Shown: positions 27,485-37,651, counted from the first letter of the stretch. The stretch is 64,000 nt of DNA from an uncultured Candidatus Saccharibacteria bacterium (GCA_964544225.1 CAZIZK010000001.1:271477-335476); one strand, 5' to 3'. Notes: generated by a model not told the origin, from the sequence alone. A program made the numbers and translations.

Positions 27485-30400
27485 ATGAACACACAAAAAG
27501 GAAATCAAGACCCCGAAAGAACTAACGATTCACTAAGTGAATCTACTTCTAACGGGGTAGGTAAATCTACAAACGCAAAAAGGGAAGAGAGTGTATTGGA
27601 GTTTTGGAAAGAGAATGACACTTTCAACAAGTCTCTGACAAAGGAGGCTCCAAAGGGAACTTACGTTTTCTACGATGGGCCACCATTTGCCACTGGCTTG
27701 CCACACTACGGCCACATACTAGGTAGTACTGCAAAGGATGTAATAGGGCGCTATCAGACAATGCGTGGCTTCCACGTGCCTAGGCGCTGGGGTTGGGATT
27801 GTCATGGTCTACCTATCGAGAATATTGTCGAGAAGGAACTAGGCATATCAGGGCGTAAAGCTATCGAGGAATTCGGCGTAGATAAATTCGCCGAGCATGC
27901 ACGCAGTGCTGTTTTGAAATATGTAGGCGAATGGAAGAAGACGGTGGACCGCATGGGTCGCTGGGTAGACTTCGACAACTCTTACAAGACCATGGACAAT
28001 AGCTTTATCGAGAGTGTCTGGTGGGCACTGGGGCAGATGAATGATAAAGAACTACTTTACGAGGGTGTGCGTGTATTGGCATACTGTCCACGTTGTGAGA
28101 CTCCAATAGCCAATAGTGAAATTGCTATGGATAACAGTTATAAAGATATAACTGATATTTCTGTTTATGTAAAGTTCAAAGTTGTTGGGCAGGATCATAC
28201 ATATCTACTAGCTTGGACTACAACACCGTGGACTTTGCCGGGTAACACTGCAATAGCGGTAAATAAAGATATTGATTATGTTTATGTGAAGACTAAAAAT
28301 AATGGTGGTGGGCACGACCATCTAATAGTGGCAAAGAACCTTTTTGATAAATTGAAAGATAAATTTACAGATCCGGAGATATTGAAGGAAGTGAAGGGGA
28401 GTGAATTGGTAGGCATGCAATACGAACCGGTGTTTGATTATTATAAAGATGTGGATATGCCAAACAAGGAAAATATTTGGCGTGTATGGCATGCAGATTT
28501 TGTAACAGATGACGCCGGTACAGGTATTGCCCACGAGGCCCCAGCATTTGGTGAGGATGATATGAACCTGGCAAAGGAACACAATATTCCATTTATAAGG
28601 CACGTAGAACCGAACGGGTTCTTTACCAAAGAGGTTACCGACTTCCCCGATGTAAAGGCCAAGCCAAAGGAGGACCCACAATCAACCGATGTATTGGTGA
28701 TAAAATATTTAGCACACAAAGGCTCACTATTTGCAAAGGAAAAGATCGTGCACTCATACCCACACTGCTATCGCTGCGATACGCCACTTCTGTATTACGC
28801 ATTGCCTTCATGGTTCATAAATGTGCAGAAGGTAAAGGCCGATGCATTGAAGAATGCCGAGGCTATGAATTGGGTCCCAAGCCATCTGAAAGAGGGTAGG
28901 TTCAAGCATATTATGGAGGGGGCGCCGGATTGGACAATATCTCGCAATCGATTTTGGGCGAGCCCTTTGCCATTCTGGAAGTCCGAGGGTGGTAAATTGA
29001 TGATAGTAAACTCTCTTGATGACCTGAAGAGCAAGGTAAAGAGGAGTGGAAACAGGTATTTCATAGTGCGTCATGGTGAAGCACAACACAATGTAGATAA
29101 TAGAATAAGTTATAAAGACGAGGCAGGCGACTTGCTTACTGACAAGGGCATAGCGCAGGCGGTAGATGTGGCTGATAAATTAAAACACTTTAATGTTACA
29201 AAAGTTTTTGCATCACGATTTGCCCGTACAAACCAAACAGCAGAAATAATTGTAGACAGTATCGGTGTAGCAAAAGACAGTATAAAGCACGATGAAAGAC
29301 TGATAGAGTTGAATCCAGGAGTTTATGATGGCCAAACATGGGAGAAGAGAAATGATTGGGCGTATAATCAACCGAGTTACTATCATGCAGCACCCGAGGG
29401 TGGCGAGAGTCATCAGGATGCAAAGAATAGATTTGGAGATTTTATTTACGAATTAGAAAGTAAGTATCAGAATGAAAATATATTGATCGTTACTCATGGT
29501 ATTGGCCTTGAAGTTTTGCCAGCAGTAGCATTGGCTGCTGATGAGGTAACATCATTCAATATATATAGGGACAACCCACACAACCCATGCACATTGATTG
29601 ATCTAGATTTCTTTCCACTACCACATAATGCACACTACGAGCTTGATTTACACAGGCCATATATTGACGCGATAAAGTTAGTAGACCATGAGGGTACCGA
29701 GTATACTCGTGTTCCTGAAGTTATCGACTGTTGGTTCGAGTCGGGTTCGATGCCTTTTGCCCAGGACCACTATCCATTTGAAAGGCCAAATTGGGAGAAG
29801 GAGAACTTCCCAGCAGGGTTCGTGGCTGAATATATTGCCCAGACACGTACATGGTTCTACTACACACATATAATATCGAGCACTTTGTTTGGTCATGCAC
29901 CATTCCAGAATGTGGTAACCACAGGAACCATACTTGCCGAAGATGGTAGCAAGATGAGTAAGTCAAAGAATAATTATCCAGACCCACAAATACTTTTTGA
30001 TAAGTATGGGGTAGATGCATTGCGCTTCTACCTTATGTCTTGCCCTGTAATGAAGGGGGAGGATGTAGCCTTTACCGAGAAGACTGTGCAAGAGATATCG
30101 AGCAAGATAGTAGGCAGATTGGAAAATGTTACAACATTTTATGAACTTTATAGAGATGTAAAACTAGAAACTAGCAACAAGAACCTAAAACCTAATAATG
30201 TTTTGGACAAGTGGATCTTGTCACGTCTTGCTGAGTTGGTTGTGGAAGTAACCGACGGCATGGAGGCATATGATATGGTTCTAGCCACACGACCTTTTGA
30301 ATTGTTTATTGAAGATTTGTCTACATGGTACCTACGCCGATCACGAGATAGACTGAAGGATGGTGACACTGAAGCCTTGGCTACTTTGTACCACGTACTG

Positions 30401-30997
30401 AAAACTACAGTTACACTCATAGCACCATTTACACCATTTATAGCCGAGGATATCTGGCAGAGGTTGAAGCTTGGTAATGATGTGGAGAGTGTGCACCTAG
30501 CAGACTGGCCCGCAGCAGATGGCGAGGCAGATAAAGTTGTATTGGAAGAGATGCAAGAAGTGCGCGACATAGTAACAGTAGGTTTGCAAATGAGACAGAA
30601 AGCGGGTATCAAAGTTCGCCAGCCACTTTCAAAAATAATTGTTACAAAATCAAATCTTACTTCTGAATACAAAGAAATATTGAAAGATGAATTGAATGTA
30701 AAGGATGTAGTAGTGGGTGATGAACTAGGTTTGGATACCGAGATAACTCCTGATCTAAAGCGCGAGGGTGATTATCGCGAGCTTGTTCGTGCTGTCCAAG
30801 ATGGCAGGAAGAACATGGGTCTAATACCTGCCGATGTGGTGATTGTAACTATATCTGTAAATGCACAAGATTTAGTAGAAGAATTTATAACCGAGTTCAA
30901 AAAGACAGTGGGTGCAGGTGCTGTAAACTTTGCCGATAATGATGGAGACGAGGTAAAGGTAGGGGATATGAAGGTTAATATAAAGATTGAAAAATAA
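27485..30997 (+). CDS. ileS: Isoleucyl-tRNA synthetase (type 2) with an inserted histidine-phosphatase (PGAM-like) domain
   Basis: HIGH motif (PHYGHIL), CP1 editing-domain motifs (TGIAHEAPAFGEDD, WTISRNRFWASPLPFW) and KMSKS. A ~195-aa insert between MIVNSLDDLKSKVK and ELDLHRPYID carries RHGEAQHN and LIVTHGIGLEV. The real start is at 27485; the upstream in-frame stretch is the T-box leader. Confidence 0.93.
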   Translation: MNTQKGNQDPERTNDSLSESTSNGVGKSTNAKREESVLEFWKENDTFNKSLTKEAPKGTYVFYDGPPFATGLPHYGHILGSTAKDVIGRYQTMRGFHVPRRWGWDCHGLPIENIVEKELGISGRKAIEEFGVDKFAEHARSAVLKYVGEWKKTVDRMGRWVDFDNSYKTMDNSFIESVWWALGQMNDKELLYEGVRVLAYCPRCETPIANSEIAMDNSYKDITDISVYVKFKVVGQDHTYLLAWTTTPWTLPGNTAIAVNKDIDYVYVKTKNNGGGHDHLIVAKNLFDKLKDKFTDPEILKEVKGSELVGMQYEPVFDYYKDVDMPNKENIWRVWHADFVTDDAGTGIAHEAPAFGEDDMNLAKEHNIPFIRHVEPNGFFTKEVTDFPDVKAKPKEDPQSTDVLVIKYLAHKGSLFAKEKIVHSYPHCYRCDTPLLYYALPSWFINVQKVKADALKNAEAMNWVPSHLKEGRFKHIMEGAPDWTISRNRFWASPLPFWKSEGGKLMIVNSLDDLKSKVKRSGNRYFIVRHGEAQHNVDNRISYKDEAGDLLTDKGIAQAVDVADKLKHFNVTKVFASRFARTNQTAEIIVDSIGVAKDSIKHDERLIELNPGVYDGQTWEKRNDWAYNQPSYYHAAPEGGESHQDAKNRFGDFIYELESKYQNENILIVTHGIGLEVLPAVALAADEVTSFNIYRDNPHNPCTLIDLDFFPLPHNAHYELDLHRPYIDAIKLVDHEGTEYTRVPEVIDCWFESGSMPFAQDHYPFERPNWEKENFPAGFVAEYIAQTRTWFYYTHIISSTLFGHAPFQNVVTTGTILAEDGSKMSKSKNNYPDPQILFDKYGVDALRFYLMSCPVMKGEDVAFTEKTVQEISSKIVGRLENVTTFYELYRDVKLETSNKNLKPNNVLDKWILSRLAELVVEVTDGMEAYDMVLATRPFELFIEDLSTWYLRRSRDRLKDGDTEALATLYHVLKTTVTLIAPFTPFIAEDIWQRLKLGNDVESVHLADWPAADGEADKVVLEEMQEVRDIVTVGLQMRQKAGIKVRQPLSKIIVTKSNLTSEYKEILKDELNVKDVVVGDELGLDTEITPDLKREGDYRELVRAVQDGRKNMGLIPADVVIVTISVNAQDLVEEFITEFKKTVGAGAVNFADNDGDEVKVGDMKVNIKIEK

Positions 30998-31950
30998 TGC
31001 TAGAAGAAAAATCATATGGAATAATATTGGTCCTTCGTAAAGAGAATGAAGAGGACCGTTATTTGATATTGAAGCAAAATACAAATACACAACACTGGAG
31101 CTATCCAAAAGGTCACGCTGAGGGTGATGAAGGGAAGAAAGAAACTGCACTTCGTGAATTAGAAGAGGAGACAGGTATTACAGATATAAAGTTTGCGAAC
31201 CTACCAAGCTTGTTCGAGAATTATCAGCATGAGAAAGATGGAAAGGTTTACAATAAAACAAATGAGTTTTTTATCGCGTTTACTGATAGTGACAAAGTAA
31301 CAATTCAAGCAGAGGAAGTTTTGGAATATAAATGGGCTACATATGATGAAGCCATGCAGACTTTTACATATGAAGAGCCAAAGAAACTTTTGAAAAATGT
31401 TCGTGAATATCTGGACCCAAATGGTTTAGGTAAAGATCTGGGTGTATTAAATGAATTTAATTTAACCGAATCTGATATAAAAAACTTTAAGTATCGTTAT
31501 GTTGCTCGTGCCGTGGTTGTAACACCAGAAGGTAATATAGTCCTTGTAAATACTACAAAGTGGGGAACTTATATTATTCCAGGTGGTGGTATAGAAGATA
31601 TGGAGACAATACTCGAAGCTACTATTCGTGAAGTAAAAGAGGAAACAGGTTATGATGCTGAAGTTATAAGACCTTTGGGCAATTTGTCTGTATACATACC
31701 GGAAAATGATTCACATAAAGGGCGTATATCGAAAACTTTTACATATCTTATGCGTGCAGTAGGTGAAAAGGGGGAGACGATGTATACCGAAGATGAGTTA
31801 TCTTTTGATTATGCTGTCAGCTCGCACCCGTACGATGAAGCATATGAATTATTATTGAAAGATGCAAAGAAGTTGGGGTTAAACAGTCATGCAAATAGGT
31901 CGCTCGTATTCTTTGAAGAAGCAAAGAAGTACTTAGAAAATGGAAAATAA
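30997..31950 (+). CDS. Tandem-Nudix hydrolase (two Nudix domains)
   Basis: Two Nudix boxes: KGHAEGDEGKKETALRELEEETGI and PGGGIEDMETILEATIREVKEETGY. The start codon overlaps the ileS stop (TAATG). Confidence 0.8.
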   Translation: MLEEKSYGIILVLRKENEEDRYLILKQNTNTQHWSYPKGHAEGDEGKKETALRELEEETGITDIKFANLPSLFENYQHEKDGKVYNKTNEFFIAFTDSDKVTIQAEEVLEYKWATYDEAMQTFTYEEPKKLLKNVREYLDPNGLGKDLGVLNEFNLTESDIKNFKYRYVARAVVVTPEGNIVLVNTTKWGTYIIPGGGIEDMETILEATIREVKEETGYDAEVIRPLGNLSVYIPENDSHKGRISKTFTYLMRAVGEKGETMYTEDELSFDYAVSSHPYDEAYELLLKDAKKLGLNSHANRSLVFFEEAKKYLENGK

Positions 31951-32569
31951 AAAGCAAAAAATTGTAATGTTTGATTTTGATGGAGTGTTGGTTAACACTT
32001 GTGAATTTTGGTATAAGATACACAAGGATAAAAATGAAGGCCTAACATGGGAAAGGTTTTCTTCTATGAGTAATGGTAACTTTATTGAGACACAAAATGA
32101 GATGATGGAAAAGAATGAATATGTTTGGCCTATAGGTTCAGAGGCTCATTATATAGAAGCATTAAATTCGGTCTTTTCTATCGAAGACATCCTTCATGAT
32201 TGCGTGTTAAATCTATCAAATAATTATATTGTTGTAATTGTTTCTTCAGCTTCAAATAAAGTGATATCAGGTTTTTTAGAAAAGGAAAATTTACGTGAAT
32301 GCTTCTCAGATGTTTTTGGGTATGAGTTTCATTACAAGAAAACAGAAAAGATAAAACATTTACTGGATAAATATAATCTGAGCCCAAAGGATGCTGTATT
32401 TATTACTGACACATTAGGTGATGTGGTAGAGGCAACGGAATGCGGTGTCAGGTCTATAGCTATTACATGGGGTTTACACAAGGCAGATACTTTTAAGAGG
32501 GGTAACCCAGAGTTGATTTTAGATGACCCAACAAAACTTCAAGAAGAAATAGAAAAAATGCTTCCGTAA
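31940..32569 (+). CDS. HAD-superfamily phosphatase/hydrolase
   Basis: Motif I MFDFDGVLVNT, motif II-like VVIVSSAS and motif IV-like ITDTLGDV. It overlaps the Nudix gene end, so the two are probably coupled. Confidence 0.8.
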   Translation: MENKKQKIVMFDFDGVLVNTCEFWYKIHKDKNEGLTWERFSSMSNGNFIETQNEMMEKNEYVWPIGSEAHYIEALNSVFSIEDILHDCVLNLSNNYIVVIVSSASNKVISGFLEKENLRECFSDVFGYEFHYKKTEKIKHLLDKYNLSPKDAVFITDTLGDVVEATECGVRSIAITWGLHKADTFKRGNPELILDDPTKLQEEIEKMLP

Positions 32570-32626
32570 ATACGGAAGCATTTTGAATTTACATCCAGCT
32601 CCTTAGGCGCTGAATAGGGATGAAAA

Positions 32627-32866
32627 TCATCTTAGGTCTTGAAAGGCCCAGCCACGGTTAATTGTGGATTCATTGAATTTTTTTCTTTCCATCTCCTCTT
32701 TTTCTTTACATTTTTGCTCATAGCGCAATTTGTACTTTGGAGAGAAAAAGCAAAGAATCTTGGTTGGTATATCTTTTATATACCACAAGATGAATACAAT
32801 TAGTAATAGAAGGGCAAATAGAAATAGCCCAAGTAAACCAGCGATGTTGTTGATGATGTTTTTCAT
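32627..32866 (-). CDS. Hypothetical small membrane protein
   Basis: 79-aa ORF with one transmembrane helix (LLGLFLFALLLLIVFILWYI) and a charged C-terminus. Confidence 0.3.
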   Translation of the reverse strand: MKNIINNIAGLLGLFLFALLLLIVFILWYIKDIPTKILCFFSPKYKLRYEQKCKEKEEMERKKFNESTINRGWAFQDLR

Positions 32867-33080
32867 ATGTTTTTATTTAGTTGTGAATGTGCAATTGTTT
32901 ACCCTAATTAAAAAGGCCAGCCATTTGAGGGCTGGTGTTTAAGATCAAACAATAGGAGATATTTAAACGCAAAAACCAGCCATCAAATTGTATGCTGGCG
33001 GTACCGGAGAACTATTAACTATTTTTGCGTAAATATTCATTACCTATATAATATAGCAATCCCAGTAACCATTGTCAAAT

Positions 33081-33100
33081 AAGGGTTTTGCCAGCTGTGA
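33081..33100 (+). promoter_or_regulatory. Extended -10 promoter for the MBL-fold gene
   Basis: TGaTATAAT lies 13 nt upstream of the ATG at 33113. Confidence 0.3.
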
Positions 33101-33112
33101 TATAATATTTAT

Positions 33113-33754
33113 ATGAAAATCAAGAAATTAGGGCATTGTTGTTTTGTGGTAGATGTAAATGGCAAAAGGGTAATGACTGACCCTGGGTCATATTCGTATT
33201 TACAAAATGAAGAAAAAGGTGTTGATTTGATCGTTATAACTCACGAGCATCCAGACCACCTTCATATTGAATCTTTGAAAAAAGTTTTAGAAAATAATCC
33301 AAATATAAAGATAGTTACAAATAGCTCGGTTGGTAAATTACTAGCAGATGCAGGTATTACGTTTGAGTTATTAGAAGAAGGGGGTAGTGGTGAATATGAT
33401 GGAGTTCATCTAGAAGCCCATGGAAAGATCCATGAGGAAATATATAAGGAGTTTGGCCGGGTACAAAATACTGGGTATTTTATAGGGCATGATTTATTCT
33501 ATCCAGGGGACGCTTTTACAAATCCAGGTAAACCTGTAAGTGTACTAGCTTTACCTGTTGCTGGGCCTTGGATGAAAATAAAGAGCGCTATAGATTACGC
33601 ACTGGAGTTAAAGCCACGAATTTGCTTCCCCATACACGACGGAATGATAGAGATTGATAAGCCGGGTCCAATATATATGCTACCAACAAAAATTCTAACA
33701 GAAAATAATATTGAGTTTAAAAAGTTAGAAATAGGTAAAGAGGAAGAATTGTAA
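33113..33754 (+). CDS. Metallo-beta-lactamase-fold hydrolase
   Basis: ITHEHPDH metal-binding motif plus downstream His/Asp ligands. Confidence 0.8.
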   Translation: MKIKKLGHCCFVVDVNGKRVMTDPGSYSYLQNEEKGVDLIVITHEHPDHLHIESLKKVLENNPNIKIVTNSSVGKLLADAGITFELLEEGGSGEYDGVHLEAHGKIHEEIYKEFGRVQNTGYFIGHDLFYPGDAFTNPGKPVSVLALPVAGPWMKIKSAIDYALELKPRICFPIHDGMIEIDKPGPIYMLPTKILTENNIEFKKLEIGKEEEL

Positions 33755-33758
33755 TTAA

Positions 33759-34349
33759 ATGGCTCAGCATCATATACATCATACAGAGGGTATAGTGATC
33801 GGCTCGCGCAACAGGGGCGAGGCGAATAAATTATTTACCATTTATACACTCGAGCATGGATTGGTATATGCCATGGCGCAGGGGATACGACTTCATAAAT
33901 CTAAACTTCGTTATTCAATGCAGGAGTTGTCGTACGTAAGTTTGGATCTGGTGCACGGCAGGGATATCTGGCGAGTAACTTCAGCTACTCACATAAATTC
34001 ATTTGCATACGCGCGCAAGGATATGAAGTCTATCGCCCTTATGATGCGTGTTTGTAAATTGCTAGAGAGGCTCTGTGCAGGTGAAGAGGGTAACAAGGAA
34101 ATATTCTACGATGTTGTGCAGACTTTTACTACACTCGATACTGAGAATCCTGATCCACAAATGCGTGACGCCCTGGAACTGCAATTAGTATTGCGCATAT
34201 TACACAGGCTAGGTTATATAGGTGAAAGCGAGGATATTGAACATTGCCTGGGTGAGAACTCGGTTCCCGAAGATGTCATGAAAGTCCTCAACAGCAAGAA
34301 GCCAATAATATTGGCTATCAATAAGGCTTTACGTGAAAGTCAGCTGTAA
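33759..34349 (+). CDS. recO: DNA repair protein RecO (short form)
   Basis: N-terminal OB-fold pattern EGIVIGSRNRGEANKLFTIYTLEHGLVYAMAQGIR...K. Confidence 0.55.
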   Translation: MAQHHIHHTEGIVIGSRNRGEANKLFTIYTLEHGLVYAMAQGIRLHKSKLRYSMQELSYVSLDLVHGRDIWRVTSATHINSFAYARKDMKSIALMMRVCKLLERLCAGEEGNKEIFYDVVQTFTTLDTENPDPQMRDALELQLVLRILHRLGYIGESEDIEHCLGENSVPEDVMKVLNSKKPIILAINKALRESQL

Positions 34350-34381
34350 AATAGGTAGCCTTATGTGTTATAATATAGCCC

Positions 34382-36283
34382 ATGGCAGAATCTAAGAACC
34401 CACTGCATAGAATCGAAGATATAAAGCGTAAACTCTACGAAAGAGGCTTTTCTTCCGAGTTGCACCACAAGGAGGGTGTATTGCATGCGGTACCTCATGA
34501 TGTACCAAATACTTGGGAGGGGGCCGAAGGTAATACACTAAAAAGCACTCATGTATCTATTGCAAAGAAGTTCTTCATCGGGGCGGTACTGTTCTTCATC
34601 GGGGCGATATTCTTCGGTGTATATATGTATATGAGCGGGACTCGCACAGTGTCCAGTGACAATATCGAGATCAATATATTAGGTAATGCCTTTACCGAAG
34701 GTGGCGAGGAGTTGCCACTACAGATAGAGATAATCAATCACAACAATGCCGCACTCGAACTTGCAAATATGGTTATCGAATATCCAAAAGGTGCTTCGAC
34801 CTCGGCTGTGGAAACACCTGACTCACTAATACGTCTACCAAAAGAAAATATTGGAACTATCCCCGCAGGTGGCAGGGTGGAGAAGGCGAAGAAGGTCACA
34901 TTGTATGGCGACCAGAACACGGTCCGCAATGTAAAGGTTATCCTGGAGTACCACCCAGCTGGCTCGAATGCAATATTTACAAAAGAAAAGATTTATCCAG
35001 TTACTATTAACTCTTCACCGATTACACTATCTGTTGATGGTCCAATACAGACAACTTCCGGACAGGAGATCACCCTGAATATTACAGCCACATTAAATAC
35101 TACATTACCAGAGGGCGACACCATGTTGTCAGTAGCATATCCAAATGGATTCAAATTTACTAATGCAGTGCCACAGCCAGTGTTCGGAAGTTCAGTGTGG
35201 AACCTAAATGCTCTTGCAGTAGGCAAGCCTATATCTATTGCCATAAAGGGTACTATGAATGGCCAGAACGGTGACGAGCAAGCCTTTCATATATATGTAG
35301 GTACTACAAAAGGCATGAACAAATCCGTTGTCGATGTTGTTTACAATTCACTACTACACACTGTGTCACTACAGAAGCCTTTCTTGCAGGCAACGATACT
35401 TCTCGACGGGGCGAACCTGGATACTTATTCTACATCGGGCGGGCGTATGATACGTGGACAAGTATTGTGGGCCAACAATTTGCAATCAACCATTTTAGAT
35501 GGCGAAGTGAGTGTTACATTTAGTGGTAATATTTTTGATAAGGAGTCTGTGGTACCTGAAGAAGGCTTCTATGACTCTGTAAATAATCGTATTGTATGGA
35601 ATAGGAATACTACTCCAGAATTTGCGACGCTAGCACCAGGGGCAACAGGGTATCTTAATTTTGAATTCACCCCTGCATCTGTTATAGGTTCGAACCAGAC
35701 TATTCGTGATCCCCAAGTAGTGCTCGATGTTAGTATCAAAGGGCGCGAATCTACATCGGGATCAACAATATCTGAAATCAACAATTTCGCAAAGAAGATA
35801 GTCCGCCTTGCATCAGACTTTCAGCTAGTAGCACGTGCAAATTATGCAAGTGGGGAACTGCCTCCAAAAGCCGAGAAGGATACCGTATACACTATATACT
35901 GGACACTATCGAACTCTATCAACCCTGTATCACAGGCCGAGGCCAGGGCAGAACTGCCTGTGTATATGGACTGGGTGGGTATGGCCAATGGTAGCAAAGA
36001 GGCCGTAACATATGATAAACTAACTCGTCAGATAGTATGGAATATAGGTACAGTCAGGCAGAACACTGGGTTCGGGTCCAACAACAGGGAAGCCGCTTTT
36101 AATATAAAGCTTCGCCCATCTGTATCCCAAGTAGGTAGCGTGCCAAATATTATAAAAGAGGTCACTCTGACTGGTATTGACTCGTTCTCCAACAGTGGAC
36201 TACGATCTGTAAAGCAGTCACTTAGTACCAGACTGGAAAATGATTCCAATTTCCAAAACGGCGATGAAAAGGTAATAAGATAA
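34382..36283 (+). CDS. Membrane-anchored large extracellular beta-rich protein (hypothetical surface protein)
   Basis: Short cytoplasmic N-terminus, one transmembrane helix (FFIGAVLFFIGAIFFGVYMYM) and ~550 aa of repetitive Thr/Ser/Asn-rich beta-strand-like sequence. Confidence 0.55.
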   Translation: MAESKNPLHRIEDIKRKLYERGFSSELHHKEGVLHAVPHDVPNTWEGAEGNTLKSTHVSIAKKFFIGAVLFFIGAIFFGVYMYMSGTRTVSSDNIEINILGNAFTEGGEELPLQIEIINHNNAALELANMVIEYPKGASTSAVETPDSLIRLPKENIGTIPAGGRVEKAKKVTLYGDQNTVRNVKVILEYHPAGSNAIFTKEKIYPVTINSSPITLSVDGPIQTTSGQEITLNITATLNTTLPEGDTMLSVAYPNGFKFTNAVPQPVFGSSVWNLNALAVGKPISIAIKGTMNGQNGDEQAFHIYVGTTKGMNKSVVDVVYNSLLHTVSLQKPFLQATILLDGANLDTYSTSGGRMIRGQVLWANNLQSTILDGEVSVTFSGNIFDKESVVPEEGFYDSVNNRIVWNRNTTPEFATLAPGATGYLNFEFTPASVIGSNQTIRDPQVVLDVSIKGRESTSGSTISEINNFAKKIVRLASDFQLVARANYASGELPPKAEKDTVYTIYWTLSNSINPVSQAEARAELPVYMDWVGMANGSKEAVTYDKLTRQIVWNIGTVRQNTGFGSNNREAAFNIKLRPSVSQVGSVPNIIKEVTLTGIDSFSNSGLRSVKQSLSTRLENDSNFQNGDEKVIR

Positions 36284-36307
36284 TTATAGTTAATAATTTA
36301 AATAAAT

Positions 36308-37639
36308 ATGGAAGACACAGATAATAACAAAATGGAGAAGCTAACATCGCTTGCAAAGCGTCGCGGATTCATATACCAGGGGTCCGAAGTGTATGGTGGG
36401 CTTGCTGGTACTTTTGACTATGGGCCACTGGGTGTTGCATTAAAGAATAATATAAAGAACTCTTGGTGGAAGAAGTTCGTAGATTCGCGCGACGATATGT
36501 ATGGGGTGGATGCAGCGATACTTATGAATGCAAAAGTGTGGCAGTCTACTGGCCATGTCGAAAACTTTTCTGACCCGATGGTGGAATGTACTGAATGCAA
36601 GAAGCGTTTCCGTGCAGACCAGATAGACACTAGCGCCGGCTGTCCTGAATGCGGAAGTAAATTAGGCGAGGAGAAGAATTTCAATATGATGTTCTCTACC
36701 CAGATAGGTGCTGTAGCCGACTCTGCATCGACAGTATATTTGCGTCCAGAAACAGCCCAGGGTATGTTCGTGAATTTCAAGAATGTGATGGACTCTATAC
36801 ACCCAAAGTTACCATTTGGACTCGCACAGATCGGTAAAGCATTTCGCAACGAGATCACTCCACGTGACTTTATCTTTCGTGTTCGTGAACTCGAGCAGAT
36901 GGAGATAGAGTATTTCCTAAAGCCTGAAGAGTGGAAGAAATATTTCGAATATTTCCGAGCCGAGATGCTGTCTTGGATGGAGTCTATCGGTATCGACATG
37001 AACCATGTTCATGAGCTGGAAGTAGGTGATGGTGATCGCGCTCATTATTCTGACCGCACTATCGACTTTGAGTTCGACTTTCCATTTGGTAGGAAGGAAC
37101 TGTATGGTTTGGCTTATCGTTCCGACTTTGACCTGGCTCGCCATTCAAAGGGTAGTGGGCAGGACCTAACATATTTCGACGAAGAAAGTGGCGAAAGGTT
37201 CACTCCGCATGTTATCGAGCCTTCATTTGGACTCGAGCGTACAGTTCTGGCACTTCTAACAAGTGCTTATAAAGAGGATGCAAAAGGTGACGAAGTTCGA
37301 CCATATTTAGCATTTGAACCAAGCATGGCCCCTGTGATATGTGCAGTGTCACCGTTGCTAAAGAACAAGCAAGAGTTGCGTGATTATGCACACAAAGTAT
37401 ACCGAACTCTCAAAGATGAATTCGGCCGTGTAATGTGGGATGACAATGGCAACATAGGCAAGAGGTATCGCAGACAAGACGAGATAGGTACACCATTCTG
37501 CATCGTTATAGACTTCGACACACTAGGCGAGAACCCAGACTTGATCGATACAGTTACAATCCGTGACCGTGATACCGGTGCCCAAGAACGCATCGCAGTA
37601 TCTGAACTCGTAGAACATATAAAAGAGAAGTTAAACTAA
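36308..37639 (+). CDS. glyQS: Glycyl-tRNA synthetase (alpha2 dimeric type)
   Basis: YQGSEVYGGLAGTFDYGPLG, class II motifs, zinc-ribbon insertion CTECKK...CPECG and C-terminal anticodon-binding domain. Confidence 0.9.
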   Translation: MEDTDNNKMEKLTSLAKRRGFIYQGSEVYGGLAGTFDYGPLGVALKNNIKNSWWKKFVDSRDDMYGVDAAILMNAKVWQSTGHVENFSDPMVECTECKKRFRADQIDTSAGCPECGSKLGEEKNFNMMFSTQIGAVADSASTVYLRPETAQGMFVNFKNVMDSIHPKLPFGLAQIGKAFRNEITPRDFIFRVRELEQMEIEYFLKPEEWKKYFEYFRAEMLSWMESIGIDMNHVHELEVGDGDRAHYSDRTIDFEFDFPFGRKELYGLAYRSDFDLARHSKGSGQDLTYFDEESGERFTPHVIEPSFGLERTVLALLTSAYKEDAKGDEVRPYLAFEPSMAPVICAVSPLLKNKQELRDYAHKVYRTLKDEFGRVMWDDNGNIGKRYRRQDEIGTPFCIVIDFDTLGENPDLIDTVTIRDRDTGAQERIAVSELVEHIKEKLN

Positions 37640-37651
37640 TATAAATTAAAT

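Noticed and set aside
29735-29760. T-loop-like 'gggttcgatgcc' string
   Set aside because: It lies inside the ileS reading frame, encoding WFESGSMPF, with no flanking tRNA arms.
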